Shown: positions 17,247 through 23,320 of the stretch, piece by piece | Numbering within the stretch: the first letter of the stretch is position 1 | Layout of the letters: each line of letters begins with the position of its first letter | Notes under the pieces: model-generated | The model's input: the letters and a program-made list of their open reading frames with translations, nothing else | What the model was told of the DNA's origin: nothing | Databases searched by the model: none | Made by a program: the position numbers and the translations under genes | DNA from: a bacterium | GTDB taxonomy: Bacteria > Hinthialibacterota > Hinthialibacteria > Hinthialibacterales > Hinthialibacteraceae | Direction of reading: 5' to 3' | Length of the DNA stretch: 23,320 nt | Assembly (NCBI GenBank): GCA_041946805.1 | Contig: JBHGBC010000093.1 | Location: 1-23,320, forward strand

Positions 17247-18269
17247 TCAAGGATGCATCCGCCATTCGCACCCCGTGCTCAGCCCCTTGCTTTTGTAGAA
17301 TTCCACCCCGCCGTTCCGGTTCAGGTCCGCCACCTTGCGGATCAATTCCAGCCGGCTCTCCTCGCTCAGTTGCGTGAAGGAGCGGGCCAAGTCGATCTTC
17401 TCCTGCAGCTGCTCCACCGTGTTCGGGCCGGTGACCAGCGTGCTGACCGGCAGGGACCACACGAAATGGATCGCCTCGCGGACCGGCAGGCGGTCGGGGC
17501 AGATTTTCGGCTTGGGGCCGTTCTCGAAATACGTGGTCCCGCCGAAAAAGCCTCCGCACGCCAGGGTTTTCATGGCGATGACGCCCAGATCGCGCTCCAC
17601 CAGTTTGGGCATGACGTTGAGGATAAAACTGCCGTAGTTGGGATCGGCGCAGTTGACCGGCATCTGGCAGGTTTCGAAGATGTCCGTCTTCCCCAATATA
17701 TGCAAATGCGAATCAGGCATGTTGTGCCCGCTGAAGCCGATGTGCCGCGCCTTGCCCGAGGCCTTTGCTTCCAGAAACACATCGAGCACCCCGCCGGCCA
17801 TGCGGGTATCGGCGTCCTCGGGATCCATGACCTGGTGCATCTGCCACAGGTCGACGTAATCGGTTTTCAGGTTCAGCAGGGAGGTATCGAGCTGCTTGCG
17901 CACGGTTTGCGCGTCGAACAAATGGGCCTTGGTCATCAGAAAAACATGCTCGCGGTATTTCGGGGTGAGATATTTGCCGTACCGCCGCTCGCCCTCCCCG
18001 TTCCCGTAACTCGCCGCATTATCGAAAAACCGGATGCCGCCCTCGATGGCCAGATTGATGGCCTTCTCCGCGTCCCGCGCGCTGAGGACCGACGCGACAT
18101 GCGCTCCGCCCAGCCCCAGCATGGTGACGAATTCGCCGGTTCTCCCCAGGCGCCGCGTGGGGAGGATTTCACCCAACGCGTCGCTGGTTCCGAAGGAAGA
18201 CCCGGGGGCGGCCAGCAACCCCGCCGTGAGGGACGACAACACCGTGAGAAACTCGCGCCGGTTGTACAT
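17247..18269 (-). CDS. Aldo/keto reductase with twin-arginine signal (340 aa)
   Basis: AGGAG RBS before ATG 18269 and Tat motif NRREFL. Motifs RRLGRTG, LGLGG, GIRFFDNAASYG, LMTK, DYVDLWQMH, GKARHIGFSGH, IAMKTL. Confidence 0.93.
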   Translation of the reverse strand: MYNRREFLTVLSSLTAGLLAAPGSSFGTSDALGEILPTRRLGRTGEFVTMLGLGGAHVASVLSARDAEKAINLAIEGGIRFFDNAASYGNGEGERRYGKYLTPKYREHVFLMTKAHLFDAQTVRKQLDTSLLNLKTDYVDLWQMHQVMDPEDADTRMAGGVLDVFLEAKASGKARHIGFSGHNMPDSHLHILGKTDIFETCQMPVNCADPNYGSFILNVMPKLVERDLGVIAMKTLACGGFFGGTTYFENGPKPKICPDRLPVREAIHFVWSLPVSTLVTGPNTVEQLQEKIDLARSFTQLSEESRLELIRKVADLNRNGGVEFYKSKGLSTGCEWRMHP

Positions 18270-18388
18270 GGGATGCGTCTCCTGGAGATGGATTTGACTC
18301 TCCGGTTCCTCGGACAACTGCATACTTGTTTACTCCAATTCCCGATCAAATCCTCATTGCATTGACCTATGAAAACCACTCTAAAATT

Positions 18389-18421
18389 CCCTCTCCCGCT
18401 GGGAGAGAGCCAGGGTGAGGG
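18389..18421 (-). repeat. CCCTCACCC-type REP hairpin
   Basis: The minus strand reads CCCTCACCCTGGCTCTCTCCCagcGGGAGAGGG. Confidence 0.85.
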
Positions 18422-18724
18422 AAATTTTGCAGGAAGGATCTTCCTGTCCGCACGAATCATGGAATGGATGATAAAACGTATCCCCCTCACGGACTCGTTT
18501 CTCGGATGAACCGTATTTCTGGTAATTGGACTCGAGGCATCAACGCCTTTCACCCGTGTACTGGTTTACCTGTTCGACAGGTCATTGTCTATACCGCTCA
18601 ACCATCCCCTGTCGCCGCGTTGAGAAGAACGAGATCATCTCCGCGTCTCTGGCCACACCAACTCAGCTCACATAATCCGCCCGTGCCATCTCCGCGGAAG
18701 CGGGGATCTTGAATATTTAATCAT

Positions 18725-20824
18725 TCAATTCTCCGAAGGCTGATAAATCCGCTGAGGCACTTCAATCGGGCCCGCCACCGTCGCCGAACCGGCTGGATAC
18801 CCCGCTTGCTCATGCATACCGAAGTTTACCGTGATGGTCACTTCGCCGCCGTTCAGAGGGAATACGGTCCGCTGGACCATCCGGTCCCCGCTCAGGCACT
18901 CGAAACGGATCAACGGTGACGCCGCCAGTTCGCGGTGCAACGGCCCCCAAAAGGCCAAATGTTGGTGAATCCGTTCCCGCCGCAGGGGAAACGATTCCCG
19001 GTTGAGATGGTATAAGGGAGGAACCATGTACAGGATTTCGAGCAGTTCGCGCTCCGTGGCCTCATCGCTGAACTTGAATGAATCGAAGCTCCAATGATGC
19101 GTGACGATCACTTCATCATGCAGCGCGGCCTGGTACAGGGGGACCCGCGTGGCGGGATCGAAATAAGGGACTTTCAACGATGGCGGCAGCGGCACGGCTT
19201 TGAAGAAACTGTCCGGCATATCGGGCGGCCACACGCGCCCCAGGAAGTAGGGGCTTTGCCGGTCGCGGAAGGCCGGCTCCAGATGGCCGATGTACGGCGT
19301 TTGCACGCCGTGGCCGAAATGCACGAGGTCCGCGAACAAGACGGATCCCTCCTCGCTGCCGATTACGAGTTCATGGGCGGACTCCAGCCAACGCAGCCGT
19401 TTCCGCCGCGCGGCGAGATCGTCCATGCGGGTGGCGGGATGCAGTGGATGGTAATCGTCGAAGCATTCCGCCGTGGCGTCGCAGTCCATGAACCAGACCG
19501 AATAGGCAGCCTGCCGCAACAGACCTTCCACCCGGCGCTGGACATACGGCCAAGCCATTACCGGAGAAAATTGAAAACCCCGCTTCAAAAAACCGGCATG
19601 CCCCGAGCCGTCGGCATTCATCACCCGGCCCTGCTCATACGCCGCTTCGTCGAACTGCGCCGTTTCCCATGTCTCGTCCGGAGCGGCGCCGGGGGAATGG
19701 ACGGAGTGATACGAATCATACGGCCCGAACAGGTATCCCAATCCGGCGGCCCGGGCGGCCACATCCGGCCGGACCGCCCGTCCGTACAGATCGCTCAGCA
19801 CCAGCAACGCGCACGAGATCCCGGCGGAATCCAGCGCCTCGAGCATCGGCAGCGAGGGGCCGTCGCCCCAGGTCTCCGGGGGGCGCGTATATGTGCCATA
19901 GGCTTGGAGGAACGCTTCCCGGTTGCGGCTATACACTTCCGCCGGCGCGGTTTCCGGGGGAAGATCCAGCAAGCGGGAATTGCCCAGGGCGGATAGCAGA
20001 CCTTCGGACACTTCCACCGTGAGGTATTGGGCCGGGTGATCCGCGCGGGCCAGTTTCGCCAGCGCCTCCTTCTGGCTTGGCGTGAAAAGGCCCACGGCGC
20101 GGGCGCCCACATTCGGCTCGGCAGCAGCATACAAGGCCCGGGCAAAGGAAATCCACCGCTCCGGATCCACGTCATGGCGGCTGAAGAGCGCCGGCCCCCA
20201 CAGATACACATGCGGCGCTCCAAACAAACGCGCCACGTTGGGCAACGCCTCGGCTTTCTCCAGAAGGGTCCGGGAGCGGGGAATCGCGCCGGTATCCGCC
20301 GCGGATCGCCGCCATTCCCGGAACACCCGCGCGGCCTCCAGGGAATCGGCCCCCCCAAGCGCGGCCACCACGTGATTGGGAGTCGCGCCAAGGCGGTCTT
20401 TCGGGAAGGCATAGCGGATCCCCAGGCGCTCTTTCACGATCAGCTCGGCGTACAGCGGCCAGGGCGCGATCACCACCAGCGTCCGCTCCCCGTACCGCGC
20501 GCCCAAAACCGGGAGCTGCGAAAGATTCCATGGCGATCCCTCCCGCAGCCAGCGCGTCAACTCGGGACGCGCGGTGTCCACCCGCACGCCGCCGCACAGG
20601 GGAAGGACATACTCGTCCGCGCCCGCCGGCAGCCACCAGGTCAGGTCCTTCACGTCATTCCGGCCGGATTCCACCAACCGGGGCTGCGGGCCCAGATCCG
20701 CCAGGGATATTTCGATCTCCACCGGCTCCGCGCCGGCCGTCACCTCGCCAGGCGCCGCCAGCCCAACAACCGCCAGGAGAATCCCCTTTAGCAAAACTGT
20801 AGGTACATGTGTTCTATCGCGCAT
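18725..20824 (-). CDS. Exported glycoside hydrolase related to GH129/GH101 (GHL-type)
   Basis: GGAG RBS and signal peptide. Motifs LFGAPHVYLWG, GYLFGPYDSYHSVH, WETAQF, WFMDCDATAECFDDY, VIGSEEG, VPLYQAALHD.VIVTHHW, PPLYHLN. Confidence 0.8.
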   Translation of the reverse strand: MRDRTHVPTVLLKGILLAVVGLAAPGEVTAGAEPVEIEISLADLGPQPRLVESGRNDVKDLTWWLPAGADEYVLPLCGGVRVDTARPELTRWLREGSPWNLSQLPVLGARYGERTLVVIAPWPLYAELIVKERLGIRYAFPKDRLGATPNHVVAALGGADSLEAARVFREWRRSAADTGAIPRSRTLLEKAEALPNVARLFGAPHVYLWGPALFSRHDVDPERWISFARALYAAAEPNVGARAVGLFTPSQKEALAKLARADHPAQYLTVEVSEGLLSALGNSRLLDLPPETAPAEVYSRNREAFLQAYGTYTRPPETWGDGPSLPMLEALDSAGISCALLVLSDLYGRAVRPDVAARAAGLGYLFGPYDSYHSVHSPGAAPDETWETAQFDEAAYEQGRVMNADGSGHAGFLKRGFQFSPVMAWPYVQRRVEGLLRQAAYSVWFMDCDATAECFDDYHPLHPATRMDDLAARRKRLRWLESAHELVIGSEEGSVLFADLVHFGHGVQTPYIGHLEPAFRDRQSPYFLGRVWPPDMPDSFFKAVPLPPSLKVPYFDPATRVPLYQAALHDEVIVTHHWSFDSFKFSDEATERELLEILYMVPPLYHLNRESFPLRRERIHQHLAFWGPLHRELAASPLIRFECLSGDRMVQRTVFPLNGGEVTITVNFGMHEQAGYPAGSATVAGPIEVPQRIYQPSEN

Positions 20825-20895
20825 GATTCACTCCAGCGCCCCTTCCGAGCGCATCCTGTATCAACGGGAAGATCATATCCCACGTTTCGTTTTTC

Positions 20896-21059
20896 GTAAC
20901 TGTTTCCACCTTTGCAGAGAAAGGATGAATTCCGCCCTTTCCGGGCTTCCCTCACCCTGGCCCTCTCCCCGAGGGAGAGGGTATCAGTTCGCGTTCCCAT
21001 CGAAACACTAATCATGAATAACGCACTGAGAAAGTTCTGCATTCAGGTAAATAGTTACA
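20896..21059 (+). repeat. Composite MITE/attC-like element, short subtype (copy D)
   Basis: Inverted ends GTAACTgTTT...AAAtAGTTAC, internal CCCTCACCCTGGCCCTCTCCC.gaGGGAGAGGG. Shares its left part with copy C and its right part with copy B. Confidence 0.8.
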
Positions 21060-21060
21060 T

Positions 21061-21356
21061 CTATACGCAAAGGCATCAGAAATGGATGCGCTACGACGCC
21101 TGCCTGGCCGCGGGGATGCCGGTGGCGGCGGGGGTGGTGGCATCGGCGTGCGGGTCGGTGGTGAAGAAACGGATGGAAGGGGAGGGCGCCGAGGCGGTCC
21201 TGTTGCTGCGTTCCCTGGAGAAAAGCGAGGACTATCTGGCCTCTTGGCGTTTTCACGCCGCGCAAGAACGGAAACGATTGTACAAAAATGAGCTCCACTA
21301 TTCTCCGGTTATACAGTCAGCTCAGGCCGCCTGACAAACGGAAAAAAGTTACACAC
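21061..21356 (+). pseudogene. ISKra4-family transposase C-terminal remnant with probable right end
   Basis: MRYDACLAAGMPVAAGVVASACGSVVKKRME...GAEAVLLLRSL...WRFHAAQERKRLY resembles the ISKra4 C-terminus (MRY..YL..G.PI.SGV.E.AC...VK.RM). Stop at 21334, then gaaaaaagttacacac as a possible IR. Confidence 0.75.
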
Positions 21357-21697
21357 AACCAAGAAAACTTTTCACAATGCCTTAGGAGATTTAGTCGATA
21401 ATAATGGAAGAAGAATTCCTTTGGACCAGCCTTGGTAATCAATATACCTTCTTCTTTCAGGATCAAAATCCTCGATATATGTAAATAATATATACCTACT
21501 GATTTATCCAAGATTTAGATGATATTGCCTCATGCTGCGTCAAGGAATCACTTCTTTTTTCCCCCTCGCGCGGAGAACTAATTCCCTTTCGCCCCGCTCC
21601 TTCTCCCGCCCGTAATGCTAGGCACTATATCTCCCCGCCACCCCTCTGATAGACTGGGGCGCAGCATTGGAATTCCAACAGGGAGAAAGAAACCGAC

Positions 21698-23086
21698 ATG
21701 GCCGATCAACTTCATCAAAACCCCGTGGAGGACGTGTACGCCAAGCCGGGATTGTACCGCTGGCTGGCGCTGGCCGCCGGACTCCTGGCCTGGACTTTCG
21801 ACGGCGTGGAACAGAACGTGTATTCGGTGATGTCCCGGGCCGCGCTCAAGGACATCGTCCCCGGCATTCCGGAAAAAGTGCAACAGGCCGCCGCCCTGAA
21901 CGCGCAGGGGATGGCCGCGGAAGCCTCCCGCCTGATCCGGGAAGTGGACGAGTCGGTCGGATTTTATTTCGGGCTGGCCATGGCCATGTGGCTGTGGGGG
22001 GCCGCCGCCGGCGGAGTGTTGTTCGGCCGCTGGGGCGACCGTTACGGCCGGACCCGGACCCTGCTGTTCGCCGTGATCACCTATTCCGGCTTCACCGGCC
22101 TGTCGGCCCTCAGCACGCATTGGTGGCACTTCGCCGCCTGCCGCTTTTTGGGATCCATGGGCCTGGGCGGCGCGTGGCCCTTGAGCCTGGCCCTGATCGT
22201 CGAAACCTGGCCGGAGAAGCACCGCTCCGTCCTCGCGGGGCTGATGGGGGCCGGGGCCAACGTGGGCTTCATGATCACCGCGCTGTATTCGCGGGTGATG
22301 CTGGACCTGAACTTCAACTGGCGGTGGGTGATCGGCATGGGCTGCGTGATCGGCCTGCTGAGCCTGCCCCTCATCTACATGACTCCGGAACCGTCGAAAT
22401 GGATCCAGGCCAAAGCCAAAACGCAAAAGTCGCGCATGCGGGACCTGTTCGCGCCCGCCTACCGCCGCTCGGCCATCGTCGGCAGCCTGCTTTCGACGGT
22501 TGCCTTGTTGGGGACGTGGGGCTCGTTCCTGTGGCTCTCCACCTATGTGGACCAAGTGGCGGAGGGGACCCCGTACCAGAGCAACGCCAAGGCCACCATC
22601 ACCATCTTTCAATCGGTGGGGCAGATCATCGGGGGCTTCATGGGCGGTGTGCTGGCCGGATTGATGGGCGGAAACAAGCGGTCCTGGGCGTTTTTGTGCG
22701 TTACCGCCTGGGCATCGGTGTTCTCCCTGTATTATTTCAACGAGACCTTCAACCTGCAATTGATGATCATGGGGGCGTTCGCCGGCTTGTTCGTCACGGC
22801 CTTCTTCGGCTGGCTGCCCAAGTTCCTGTCGGAATTGTTCCCCACCCGCATCCGGGCGCTGGGACAGGGCTTTTCGTTCAACATCGGGCGGATTCTGGCC
22901 GGCATCGGCGTCTTGGGAGCCGGCACGCTGACCAACAAAGTGTTCAGTGGTGACTACCGCCGCACCATGCTGGTCATGTGCTCGATCTACCTGCTGGGCC
23001 TGATCGTCATCCTCTTCGCCCCCAACACCGGGGGCAAGATGGTCTCGGACGAGGAAGACGAAGCCCGGATGCGGGGGAGCGCGTAA
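21698..23086 (+). CDS. MFS transporter (sialate/organic acid:H+ symporter-like)
   Basis: About 12 TM segments, with WTFDGVE, motif A GRWGDRYGR, CRFLGSMGLGG, ETWP..HR and SELFPTRIRA.GQGF.FN.GR. Confidence 0.93.
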   Translation: MADQLHQNPVEDVYAKPGLYRWLALAAGLLAWTFDGVEQNVYSVMSRAALKDIVPGIPEKVQQAAALNAQGMAAEASRLIREVDESVGFYFGLAMAMWLWGAAAGGVLFGRWGDRYGRTRTLLFAVITYSGFTGLSALSTHWWHFAACRFLGSMGLGGAWPLSLALIVETWPEKHRSVLAGLMGAGANVGFMITALYSRVMLDLNFNWRWVIGMGCVIGLLSLPLIYMTPEPSKWIQAKAKTQKSRMRDLFAPAYRRSAIVGSLLSTVALLGTWGSFLWLSTYVDQVAEGTPYQSNAKATITIFQSVGQIIGGFMGGVLAGLMGGNKRSWAFLCVTAWASVFSLYYFNETFNLQLMIMGAFAGLFVTAFFGWLPKFLSELFPTRIRALGQGFSFNIGRILAGIGVLGAGTLTNKVFSGDYRRTMLVMCSIYLLGLIVILFAPNTGGKMVSDEEDEARMRGSA

Positions 23087-23233
23087 AAGCGTGATTATGG
23101 CCGGGGCGCACCTTGGTCTCCGCCCGGATGAATCACCCATGCGCCATGGGGGCGCGTTGCGAAGTGCCTCAGCGGTTTTTCACAGCCAGCCCAACGCATA
23201 AACATCCCTCATCCGGGTATCGGCAAGTGAAAA

Positions 23234-23266
23234 GGCTTTCCCTCACCCTCACCCTCTCCCGGAGGG
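23234..23266 (+). repeat. Truncated CCCTCACCC-type REP
   Basis: ggctttCCCTCACCCTCACCCTCTCCCggAGGG, with the same left flank as the 3830-3904 copy. Confidence 0.7.
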
Positions 23267-23320
23267 CTACTCTCCGCACACATTCTTTCTACGGGCCTAA
23301 AGAAGTGGCGATCTGCCAGC

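Noticed and set aside
14887..18365. Long antisense ORFs 14887-16062 (-), 16189-17298 (+) and 17253-18365 (+)
   Set aside because: They mirror the portal, CBM9-like and AKR genes, as expected from high-GC codon bias.
21317..21511. AT-rich 64-aa minus-strand ORF with a faint winged-helix (ArsR-like) look (ILKEEGIL...YYRLN)
   Set aside because: Weak start, no RBS, overlaps the IS end, and the similarity is too short to support. At most a remnant.
21578..23140. 520-aa minus-strand ORF and 428-aa alternate-frame ORF
   Set aside because: Both overlap the clearly recognisable MFS gene and have low-complexity R/G/A/Q-rich composition.

Overview
Bacterial chromosomal window. GC-rich host-like genes flank a lower-GC island at about 8.1-13.4 kb. 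The gene style (secreted proteins ending in ...AVxDWxxx*, a recurring C-terminal beta-sandwich module) suggests Ca. Hinthialibacterota/OLB16-like bacteria, which is an inference from memory. Fourteen intact CDS are supported: a secreted protein with two tandem FBA/galactose-binding-like domains, a PLP class-V aminotransferase, a membrane-anchored coiled-coil protein, a sensor-less sigma54 enhancer-binding protein (bEBP), a TPR protein, a Cys-rich secreted protein with a C-terminal 3D/MltA-like domain, two paralogous exported proteins, a beta-propeller protein, an orphan phage portal-like protein, a CBM9-like protein, a Tat aldo/keto reductase, a GH129/GH101-like hydrolase and an MFS transporter. 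An ISKra4 transposase remnant is also present. The best candidate for an undescribed system is 6700-13336: a sigma70-driven, sensor-less bEBP with a Walker B D-to-N change, then three GACAT-N3-ATGTC operators and a -24/-12 promoter, then TPR, putative peptidoglycan-lytic effector and two putative immunity paralogues. Intergenic regions carry many REP hairpins and a 110-195 bp MITE- or attC-like element family. No rRNA, tRNA or CRISPR array was seen. All family assignments are motif recognition by eye, not database results.
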